The notes under the pieces were generated by a model. That model was not told the DNA's origin. It did no database searches and worked only from the letters and a program-made list of their open reading frames with translations. The position numbers and the translations under genes are program-made. Source: Polyangiaceae bacterium (GTDB lineage Bacteria > Myxococcota_A > Polyangia > Polyangiales > Polyangiaceae). Taken from it: a stretch of 64,000 bases of DNA. The stretch covers positions 96,001 through 160,000 of the forward strand of contig JBILLK010000015.1 in the NCBI GenBank assembly GCA_044376115.1. The letters run 5' to 3'. The first letter of the stretch is position 1. Each line of letters begins with the position of its first letter. Shown here piece by piece: positions 56,256 to 64,000 of this stretch.

Positions 56256-57101
56256 ATGCTAGCGGCCTTTGTTCGGCTCCTCCGCAAGGACTACTGGGAA
56301 GATGTCATCACGGACTGCGAGCAAGCCCGTGGCGACTCCGAGACCCGACTGGGCCGGGTCAGCGTTCAGAAGAGGCTTGCGACCACCGTCCTCTTGGTCA
56401 TTGCGTGCCTCATGTTTGTGCGTTTTGCCGGAAACGAGGCAGAACTTGGCTGGGCAGTTAATGGGTTGAAGGCACTCGGGCTTCCCACTGAAGCCGAAGC
56501 GTTCCGCAAGCTGATGGACCCCAAGAATGCCAATGGGCAAATTTGGAGAAAGGTCTGGTGGGCGGGCGCGCGCGTTACTGGGTACGGCCTGCTTCCGGCG
56601 TTGCTAGGCCCACGAATGACTGGGCTCTCCTTGGCTGAGTTGGGACTTGGCTTTGGAGACCTACGTAAGCACGCGAGAACCTACGGATTCCTCTTTGCTG
56701 TGATGATGCCAGCCATTTTTCTGGCCTCTTTCGGCGCTGGCTTTCAGGCGAAGTACCCATACTACAAGCTCGCAGCGAATGAGGCGCTGTGGCCGCGGTT
56801 CGTACTCTGGGAGTTGCTTTACATTGCAAACTTCGTGGGGGTCGAACTCTTCTTTCGAGGTTTCTCGATTAGAGCTTTACGTCCCTATATTGGTTATTCC
56901 TCTATCTTCTTGATGATGGTCCCCTACGCCATGATTCACTTCGGCAAGCCGCTACCAGAGGCCGTTGGATCAATCATAACGGGCTTTGTTCTAGGCACGT
57001 TGAGCGTAAAGCACCGGTCCATCTGGGGCGGGGTCTTCCTGCATGTGTCCGCTGCCTGTTCCATGGATTTGTACTCGCTTTGGCATCAAGGTCGGCTCTA
57101 G
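56256..57101 (+). CDS. CPBP (CAAX/Abi) family intramembrane glutamic protease
   Basis: ELFFRGF, YAMIHFGKP, SIWGGVFLH; multi-TM. Start uncertain. Confidence 0.82.
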   Translation: MLAAFVRLLRKDYWEDVITDCEQARGDSETRLGRVSVQKRLATTVLLVIACLMFVRFAGNEAELGWAVNGLKALGLPTEAEAFRKLMDPKNANGQIWRKVWWAGARVTGYGLLPALLGPRMTGLSLAELGLGFGDLRKHARTYGFLFAVMMPAIFLASFGAGFQAKYPYYKLAANEALWPRFVLWELLYIANFVGVELFFRGFSIRALRPYIGYSSIFLMMVPYAMIHFGKPLPEAVGSIITGFVLGTLSVKHRSIWGGVFLHVSAACSMDLYSLWHQGRL

Positions 57102-57162
57102 CGAGGCACGGTCGCTACATTTCTCTTGCTTGACTCCGCGAGAGCAGCATAAGCCGCTAACC

Positions 57163-57525
57163 ATGGGATCCAGCTCAGTGCATGGGGTTTTGCTAAGCCT
57201 ATGTCTCAGTTGCGGGGCAGCGGAGGTTGCCACGGTGGACAATGCTGAGCCGATGCCGACAGGGCGTGATTGTGCGATGGCCATAACCCGCTGCGGCGGT
57301 GGTCGCTGCATCGCGGAGATCGACAATCAATGCAAGTTGCCAATCACCTGTCGGCTGAGCATCGAGTCGCTATGTCAGACCTCCAACGGCGAGGTTGGGC
57401 CAGCCAACGCCTCGACCAAAGAGGTTACGACCTTGGGCGCACAGCAAAGGACGCTCGAGGCCATAACCAGCTGTGGACAAGGCATTCCGGTAACCACGCG
57501 CGTCACTTCGCTCGAGTGTCTCTGA
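57163..57525 (+). CDS. Small Cys-rich lipoprotein
   Basis: LCLSC lipobox followed by eight Cys in the mature part. Confidence 0.6.
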   Translation: MGSSSVHGVLLSLCLSCGAAEVATVDNAEPMPTGRDCAMAITRCGGGRCIAEIDNQCKLPITCRLSIESLCQTSNGEVGPANASTKEVTTLGAQQRTLEAITSCGQGIPVTTRVTSLECL

Positions 57526-57585
57526 GCCGTTAGCAACGGTTTCGCGCGCTTGACATTTCTCCGTGCAGCGCATCTCGTGTCTTCC

Positions 57586-59844
57586 ATGCGCGCAAAACGG
57601 GTGTGGGTGCTTCCGGCGTTGGCGTTTGGTCTTCTGATTTCGGCGGGCTACGGTTGCGGGGATTCAGCGGGGACCGGGGGAAGCGGGGGCGATCCTGCGG
57701 GTGGTAGCGGCGGCGTTGGAGCGGGTGGAGCTGCCACAGGCGCCGGGGGAATTGGAGGCCAAGCGGGGTCCCAGCTCACGGGCGGAGGCGGCAATACGTT
57801 TATGGAGTGCACTGGCACCGTCTGTGGCGACGGCGGTTGTTGCGACCCACGTGCGGAAGAATGCGTCTCGGCGATGTGTCTACCCACGTGTGACTCGGCA
57901 ATTCGTTGTGGGGCTGACCTCGCAACCTGCTGTGATGTCGGTCAAGTTTGCATCTCGGAGCAGTGCGAGACGCCGGGTGCACCTTGCAGTGACTGGGCGG
58001 ACTGCAACGAGGATGAGTTCTGCGATCCGGCGGTGGGAGCGTGCCTGCCACAGCCGCCAGGCGAGCCAGTCTGTGAATACAAGCCGCCGACAGGGCCGCT
58101 GACCCCCGTTCTCGAGTGGGCCTGGACGGAGAGCCCGATCTTCCCGACGTCGCGACAAGTCATCAACATGCCGGTTGTAGTGGACCTCGAGGGAGACGGA
58201 ACGCCCGACGTCGTGTTCGTTACCTCAGACGGCTTCAGCCCCAACGGTCCGGCGTATTTGCGCGCACTCAATGGCTCAACCGGAGTCGAGAAATGGGATG
58301 CCAACGTTGGGGTCTACGCCGACGCTGCGCGGGTGCAACCACGAGCAACGCCAGCAGCCGCCGATATTGACGGGGATATGCGACCCGAGATCATCAGCGC
58401 CAAGATGGGAGGTGGGCTGATTGCCTTTGAGCATGATGGCACGGTCAAGTGGACGAGCACACAAGCGGACGGTGTCACCCCATGGACCGTTGGGCTCGAC
58501 TCAGTGACGCTCGCTATCGCCGACTTCGAGGGCGATGGGTCAGCAGAGATTATCGCTGGCGGAGCCGTATTTAGCTCAGCCGGCGTGCTTCGTTTCAACA
58601 GTGGCGCATTGGTTGGCGCCAACCTGAGTACCTACGGCGCAGTGAGCATCGTTGCTGACCTGGATGCAACACCACCCCAAGAACTGGTCAGCGGCCGCCG
58701 CGCCTTCCGTGCGAACGGAGACCTCTATTGGGATAATGGCCTGAGCGATGGCTATCCTGCTATCGCCGACCTCGACCTCGATGGGACACCCGAGCTTGTC
58801 GTTGTCTCCAACGGGACCGTGCGCGTGCAATCGGCGACGACTGGAGCCGTACTTGCGCAGGTCACGATGCCAGGCACTGGAGTAGGCGGGCCGCCCACGA
58901 TTGCTGATTTCGACGCAGATGGCATTCCTGAAATTGCCTCGGCGAACGGCAGTGCCTACAGCGTATACGAGTATACGGGCGGAGCTACCCCACTCCTTAC
59001 CGTGAAGTGGCAGTCAGCAACCCAAGATCTCTCCTCGAACCGTACTGGCTCCTCGGTGTTCGACTTCCAAGGGGACGGCTCCGCAGAGGTCGTCTACAAT
59101 GACGAATGCTATTTCCGAGTCTACAGCGGAACGGATGGCTCAACGCTCTATGAAGTAGCCAACTCCTCTGCAACGATTCACGAGTACCCGGTGGTCGTTG
59201 ACGTCGACGGAGACAACAACACAGAGGTGGTCATCGTAGCCAATGACCTCAATCATAACGCCAATACCTGCCCTTACGGACTAGGCGGCGCGAGGCATGG
59301 TGTGTTCGCCTACGGGGATGCGGCCGACAACTGGGTTCGCACCCGCAAGGTTTGGAATCAGCACGCCTACCACATTACCAATATCAACGGTGACGGCACA
59401 CTGCCGCTTTCGGAGTCCTTCAGTTGGCTCCCGCCTGGGCTAAATAACTATCGACAGTCGAGCCAAGGCAATGGGGTATTCAATTCGCCTGATCTGCAAG
59501 TGAGCCTCGAGGCAAGCTTGCAGAACTGCCCCGACGCACTTCAACTGGTCGCCAGGGTGCGCAACCAGGGCAGCTTGGGCGTACCAGCAGGTGTCAGCGT
59601 TCGTTTCTACCTTGGCGCCAGCTCGAGCGGAACGTTGCTCGGGGAAACGTTTACCAGCCAGATCCTGCTGCCGGGCCAATATGAAGAGGTGACCCTCGAT
59701 TACAATGTTGGTCCTGGGGACACGGACCTGGGATTCTTCGTTGAGGTGGACGTCGATGATGCGGGTGCGAGCGCCATCAACGAGTGTCTCGAAGACAACA
59801 ACGCCGCTTTACTAAGCGGCGTTTCGTGCCCGACGGCGGGCTAG
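57586..59844 (+). CDS. FG-GAP/VCBS-repeat beta-propeller lipoprotein with Cys-rich N-region and C-terminal CARDB-like domain
   Basis: AGYGC lipobox; DLEGDGTPDVV, DLDLDGTPELV, DFDADGIPEI repeats; WNQHAYHITN; VRNQGS...INECLEDNN. TTGACA-N17 promoter upstream. Confidence 0.85.
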   Translation: MRAKRVWVLPALAFGLLISAGYGCGDSAGTGGSGGDPAGGSGGVGAGGAATGAGGIGGQAGSQLTGGGGNTFMECTGTVCGDGGCCDPRAEECVSAMCLPTCDSAIRCGADLATCCDVGQVCISEQCETPGAPCSDWADCNEDEFCDPAVGACLPQPPGEPVCEYKPPTGPLTPVLEWAWTESPIFPTSRQVINMPVVVDLEGDGTPDVVFVTSDGFSPNGPAYLRALNGSTGVEKWDANVGVYADAARVQPRATPAAADIDGDMRPEIISAKMGGGLIAFEHDGTVKWTSTQADGVTPWTVGLDSVTLAIADFEGDGSAEIIAGGAVFSSAGVLRFNSGALVGANLSTYGAVSIVADLDATPPQELVSGRRAFRANGDLYWDNGLSDGYPAIADLDLDGTPELVVVSNGTVRVQSATTGAVLAQVTMPGTGVGGPPTIADFDADGIPEIASANGSAYSVYEYTGGATPLLTVKWQSATQDLSSNRTGSSVFDFQGDGSAEVVYNDECYFRVYSGTDGSTLYEVANSSATIHEYPVVVDVDGDNNTEVVIVANDLNHNANTCPYGLGGARHGVFAYGDAADNWVRTRKVWNQHAYHITNINGDGTLPLSESFSWLPPGLNNYRQSSQGNGVFNSPDLQVSLEASLQNCPDALQLVARVRNQGSLGVPAGVSVRFYLGASSSGTLLGETFTSQILLPGQYEEVTLDYNVGPGDTDLGFFVEVDVDDAGASAINECLEDNNAALLSGVSCPTAG

Positions 59845-59913
59845 TAGTTCCGTTGCCAACCAGCGGGCGTTTCTTCAGTGCATCCGCCTTGGCGGATGCA
59901 CTGAAGAGCATTG

Positions 59914-61194
59914 CTAGACGCGCAAGCCCGGCGCCGGGAACTTGGAGCAGAGCTCTTTCACCGAGGCGGCAATGCGAGCGAGCGTCGCTTCGCTTTGATC
60001 CTTCGCCACTTCGTCCATGAAGCCGGCGAGCGCGAGCATCTCCGGCGCTTCCATGCCTCGCGAACTTACTGACGGCGTTCCGATGCGTATCCCAGACGGG
60101 TCCATCGGCTTGCGCGGATCAAACGGGATAGCGTTGTAGTTGCAAACGATGCCGGCCCGATCGAGCGCCTGCGCGTAGGGCTTACCGCCAATTCCTTTGG
60201 GCGTGAGATCAATCAATAGCAGGTGATTGTCGGTTCCCCCTGTGATGAGGGAGAACCCGCGCTCCAAGAGCGCGTTGGCCAGGACCTGAGCGTTGTTGAC
60301 CACACGCTGCGCGTACGCCTTGAAGCTTGGTAGTGTGGCCTCGAGCGCGGCGACCGCAATGCCCGCCGTGGTGTGATTGTGTGGACCGCCCTGCAGACCA
60401 GGGAAGACCGCTCGGTCGATCACCGCAGCGTGCTCGGGTTTACAGAGGATCATGCCTCCGCGAGGCCCACGCAGCGTCTTGTGCGTGGTCGAGGTCACCA
60501 CGTCGGCGATGCCAACAGGAGACGGGTGGAGCCCTGCTGCGACCAAGCCCGAGATGTGAGCGATATCGGCTGCGAGAATCGCTCCCACTTCGTCGGCGAT
60601 GCTGCGGAACGCGGCAAAGTCGAGAGCACGGGGGTAGGCGGTGGTGCCAGCCCAAATCAGCTTCGGGCGGTGCTCGAGCGCGAGCTTGCGCACCTCCTCC
60701 AAGTCAATTCGGTGATCGGTGCTGCGAACGCCGTAGGGCACGCTCTTGAAGAACTTGCCGGTGATGCTGACCGAGTGGCCGTGCGTGAGATGGCCCCCAG
60801 CAGGTAGCCCAAGCCCCATCACCGTCTCACCCGGCTTCACGAAGGCGAGATAGACGGCAAGGTTTGCCGGACTCCCGGAATAGGGCTGCACGTTCACGTG
60901 AAGACTGTTCGCGTCGAGCAAGGGCGTAGCAAACAGCGAGGCGATACGCGACTTGGCGAGCTCTTCGACTTCATCGATTAGCTGCTGGCCCTCGTAGTAG
61001 CGCTTCTTCGCGTAGCCCTCCGAGTACTTGTTCGTCAGGCAGGAGCCGGAAGCATCCAAGACGGCCTGGGAGGCGTAGTTCTCGCTAGCGATGAGGCGAA
61101 ACTTGTCCGCCTCACGCTGCTCTTCACGACGAATGAGCTCGTGAAGAACCGGGTCTACAGCGGACAACGGTGCCCGACCTTCAATTGAAGACAT
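59914..61194 (-). CDS. glyA: Serine hydroxymethyltransferase
   Basis: LIASEN, NKYSEGY, GGHLTHG, TSTTHKTLRGPRGG, GGTDNHL, SGIRIGTP. Confidence 0.97.
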   Translation of the reverse strand: MSSIEGRAPLSAVDPVLHELIRREEQREADKFRLIASENYASQAVLDASGSCLTNKYSEGYAKKRYYEGQQLIDEVEELAKSRIASLFATPLLDANSLHVNVQPYSGSPANLAVYLAFVKPGETVMGLGLPAGGHLTHGHSVSITGKFFKSVPYGVRSTDHRIDLEEVRKLALEHRPKLIWAGTTAYPRALDFAAFRSIADEVGAILAADIAHISGLVAAGLHPSPVGIADVVTSTTHKTLRGPRGGMILCKPEHAAVIDRAVFPGLQGGPHNHTTAGIAVAALEATLPSFKAYAQRVVNNAQVLANALLERGFSLITGGTDNHLLLIDLTPKGIGGKPYAQALDRAGIVCNYNAIPFDPRKPMDPSGIRIGTPSVSSRGMEAPEMLALAGFMDEVAKDQSEATLARIAASVKELCSKFPAPGLRV

Positions 61195-62528
61195 CAGCGC
61201 ACCTCGAAATCGCCACGACTCAAGATGTCAGCGACACGCCAAAGGAAGGAGTTGGCTAGGACGCCATCGATGATGCGGTGGTCGTAGGAGAGCGCCATGT
61301 ACATCACAGGGTGAATCGCGATGCTGTCCTCTTCACCGTGCGTTACGACGACCGGGCGCTTCTTGATCTCGCCCATGCGCAAGATGCCCACGTTCGGTTG
61401 CGAGATGATCGCTGCGCCGAACATGTTGCCCTTGAGGCCTGGGTTGGACACGCTGAACGACGTCCCCGAGAGGTCGTCGGCTGTAACCTTGCCGGCCTTG
61501 GCTCGCTGCGCGAGCTCGTCGATCGATGAGGCCATGCCGCGCAAGGTCAGCGTGTCCGCGCGCTTGATGCTCGGCACCACGAGCCCACCTGGGGTGTCGA
61601 CAGCGACGCCCAGGTTCACGTCCCGAAGCCGCACATAGCTGCCCTCGAGCACTCGCGCGTTCACGTCCGGGTGCTCGCTGAGAGCCCGGACCGTGGCCGT
61701 GCAGATGAAGGCCAAGAACGTCAGCGGAACGCCTTCTTTCTTGAAACGGTCTTTGTGTTGGTCGCGCAGCTTGGACGTAGCAGCGAGATCAACCTCGGCG
61801 ACCGTCACCACGTGAGGCGACACCTGCTTCGAGTAGACCATGTGGTCTGCAGTGATGCGGCGGCGACGATTGAAGGGCACCACCTCATCCCCCGGCTTGG
61901 GGCTGTACGCGGGCACCTTGTAGCTTCCGAAGCCAACGCCTGGGACCGGTGGAACAAAGCCACCAGCCGAGGCCAACAGAGCCGAGAGCTCCGCAGGCGC
62001 TGAGGCAGCGGCTTGAGCAACGGCGCGCGCTGCCGTTTCCAAAACGGCGGGTGCCGAGGGCGTCACCAGAGCGGGCGCCGCCGCGGGAGCGCCTTGAGCA
62101 GCTCGCAGCACGTCCGTATGTGTAACCCGCCCGTGTTCCCCCGTACCTTGGACCCCCGCGAGGGATACGCCGTGTTCCTGCGCAATTCTCCGTGTGCTCG
62201 GAGACGCCAGAGGCGCACCGGCCGGAGCAGGGGCTGGGGTCGCCACAGCCACGGGTTGTGATACAGCCGCCGGAGCAGAAGCTCCGGAAGAAGCCGTCTC
62301 GTCAATTTGGCATAGAAGACCGCCCTTGGCGACGATCTGACCTTCGGTTGCGATGAGCTTCGTCACGCGCCCACGCACAGGTGCGCGCACTTCGGTGTCG
62401 GCCTTGTCGGTCGCGACCTCGAGTAGAACCTGCTCGCGTTCAACGAGGTCTCCCTCGCGAACGACCCACTTGGTCACAGTGCCTTCGGCAACGCTTTCGC
62501 CCAGCTGCGGCATCGGGACGTCGATCAT
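61194..62528 (-). CDS. Dihydrolipoamide acyltransferase (E2, SucB/BCKDH-type)
   Basis: MPQLGESVAEG, lipoyl ATDKA, E3-binding ASPSTRRIA..GTGEHGRV, catalytic DHRIIDG; AAGGAG RBS. Confidence 0.93.
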   Translation of the reverse strand: MIDVPMPQLGESVAEGTVTKWVVREGDLVEREQVLLEVATDKADTEVRAPVRGRVTKLIATEGQIVAKGGLLCQIDETASSGASAPAAVSQPVAVATPAPAPAGAPLASPSTRRIAQEHGVSLAGVQGTGEHGRVTHTDVLRAAQGAPAAAPALVTPSAPAVLETAARAVAQAAASAPAELSALLASAGGFVPPVPGVGFGSYKVPAYSPKPGDEVVPFNRRRRITADHMVYSKQVSPHVVTVAEVDLAATSKLRDQHKDRFKKEGVPLTFLAFICTATVRALSEHPDVNARVLEGSYVRLRDVNLGVAVDTPGGLVVPSIKRADTLTLRGMASSIDELAQRAKAGKVTADDLSGTSFSVSNPGLKGNMFGAAIISQPNVGILRMGEIKKRPVVVTHGEEDSIAIHPVMYMALSYDHRIIDGVLANSFLWRVADILSRGDFEVR

Positions 62529-62682
62529 TTGGCTCCTTTTTCGATGATGCTGGTACTCGCGAGACCGGTCAGGTGCAACCCTTGAGTGATTCCGGCAGGC
62601 AGCGCCCGAGGACACCGACAGCGAAGCCACGCTTCTTATGCGAAGAGCGTGGCTTCGGCGGCGCGGATCTCGCGAGGTTCAG

Positions 62683-63261
62683 TTAGATTTTTTTGGTGAA
62701 GAGCGCCCCACCAACGACGCCGGCGCCTTGCCGTGCGCGAACAACCAGCTTCACTGGCGCAGCAAACAGCATTTGCCACTTGTAGCAGTTGATGCGGGCC
62801 ATCGCTCCAACATCGCTGTCATAAGCCAACGGTTGCGCTGCCATCTGTGCAAGTGCTGGCTGAAGCCCAAGCACCGTCGGATCGATCACGAGCTGCGCAT
62901 CCACCTCGGTGACGTTGGGAAATCCGTTGGCGATCGCGGTGTAACAGACGGACGCGTCGATGTAGAACGCCTCGCTCGAAACGGTTCCACCCTCAGGCAC
63001 GTTGCCGCAGACGTTGAACTTGGGCTGCATCCCGGTCGCTTCACCAACAGCGCGCTGGCCAATGGCGGCGGCAAGGTTGGCCTGCTGAACCGCATCGCAG
63101 GGCATGACCTGAGCGACCGGAGGAGCCGTCGTCGTGGCTACCGGCGGCGCGGTGTACGTCGGCGGTGGAGTCACTGGGTATTCGGGCTCGCTACTGCAGC
63201 CCATCCCAACGAAGCCACTCACCGCGACCATTGCCGCAAACACACTCTGTCCGATCTTCAT
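62683..63261 (-). CDS. Hypothetical lipoprotein
   Basis: GGAGG RBS; MKIGQSVFAAMVAVSGFVGMGC; Pro/Thr linker; C-terminal CYT-containing domain. Confidence 0.7.
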   Translation of the reverse strand: MKIGQSVFAAMVAVSGFVGMGCSSEPEYPVTPPPTYTAPPVATTTAPPVAQVMPCDAVQQANLAAAIGQRAVGEATGMQPKFNVCGNVPEGGTVSSEAFYIDASVCYTAIANGFPNVTEVDAQLVIDPTVLGLQPALAQMAAQPLAYDSDVGAMARINCYKWQMLFAAPVKLVVRARQGAGVVGGALFTKKI

Positions 63262-63448
63262 CCTGCCGGTCCTCCAGCTTTTCACACGGGTTTCTGAATT
63301 AGGTGCGCTAGGATACGCAAGCTTGCGCCAATAAGGGTTGGGAGAATACATTCCCAGAAATTGCGTCGAACACTCTGAAAGCCTGAAACCAGTCCGGCTC
63401 TCGACCCATCGGCTCTTCAACGTTCTTCCATATCCTCAAGGAGGCCCT

Positions 63449-64000
63449 GTGTACCGCTCCCTCGTTCTCGGCTCACTCTTCGCAATGGTTTTCGTCGGTT
63501 GTGACAAGCAGCAGGAGCCGCAATACGGGTACGGGCAACAGCCGGGGTACGGCCAGCCGGGGTACGGCCAGCCGGGATACGGCCAGCCGGGGCAACCTGG
63601 GTATGGGCAACCGCAGCCGGGCTACCCCACGCAGCCGGGCTACCCCACGCAGCCGGGCCAGCCCACGCAGCCGGGCCAGCCGGGCCAGCCGACGCAGCCA
63701 GGCCAACCCGCACCCGGCTTCTCTCTGCCCGGAATCCCCGGGTTCACGCTTCCCGGGATGGGGCAACCGGCGCAACCCGGTCAGCCCGGTCAGCCGGCTT
63801 CGGGTGGTGGCATGGCGCAGCCAATGGACCCGAACATGGCGCAGGTCGCTGTGGTTCCGCTGTTCCAACTCCAGAGCCAGCATGCCCAAGGCATGACGAA
63901 GGAGGGCCCGGTGCTCGCCGGGAACTTCCAACAAGGACAAACGTTGGAGCAAGCATTCACGGTGATGCCCGGTAAGTGCTACACGATCACCGCCACCGGG
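63449..64000 (+). CDS. Lipoprotein with QPG(Y) repeats; 3' end runs off the window
   Basis: Not in the ORF track. AAGGAGG RBS, GTG start: [43 protein letters not shown]...[36 protein letters not shown]. Confidence 0.8.
   Translation, partial: MYRSLVLGSLFAMVFVGCDKQQEPQYGYGQQPGYGQPGYGQPGYGQPGQPGYGQPQPGYPTQPGYPTQPGQPTQPGQPGQPTQPGQPAPGFSLPGIPGFTLPGMGQPAQPGQPGQPASGGGMAQPMDPNMAQVAVVPLFQLQSQHAQGMTKEGPVLAGNFQQGQTLEQAFTVMPGKCYTITATG
63520..63800 (+). repeat. Coding tandem repeats (9/15/18-bp units; [14 protein letters not shown])
   Basis: Repeated cagccggg(g/c/a) units in frame with the 63449 gene. Confidence 0.8.

Noticed and set aside
56256..57101. Specific myxosortase assignment for the CPBP protease
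   Set aside because: Family motifs are clear but the subfamily cannot be determined by eye, and I saw no MYXO-CTERM-type substrate in the window.
63520..63800. Possible CRISPR array or non-coding repeat
   Set aside because: Units are short, multiples of three, have no unique spacers and encode QPG repeats; no cas genes.

Overview
High-GC bacterial chromosomal DNA whose flanking genes look myxobacterial (Polyangiaceae/Sorangiineae-like, inferred from an FHA-sigma54 activator, Hanks Ser/Thr kinases and many Gly-linker or Cys-rich lipoproteins). The centre (14973-38230) is an intact-looking ~23 kb flagellar hook-basal-body/motor cluster: flgBC-fliEFGHIJK-flgDE-fliLMNOPQR on the minus strand, and flbD-motAB, flgGAHIJ, a FleQ-like sigma54 activator with no sensory domain and a PilZ-sigma28 (FliA) fusion on the plus strand. 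The window has no flagellin, flgK/L, fliD/S, flgM/N, flgF, flhA/B/F/G or che genes. All four flagellar units start at sigma54 (GG-N10-GC) motifs. Two of these, plus one non-flagellar gene, have exactly 12 nt between the GC and the start codon, which suggests leaderless sigma54 mRNAs. Other content: an XPB-like helicase/DUF790 (Bax1-like) pair, a thioester-less alpha-2-macroglobulin-like protein, three TerB-like genes, an SspB-like domain behind a lipoprotein signal, a compact KdpDE divergent from a frameshifted kup, glyA and an E2 acyltransferase. No rRNA, tRNA, CRISPR or mobile element was recognised. All calls come from reading motifs; no searches were run.
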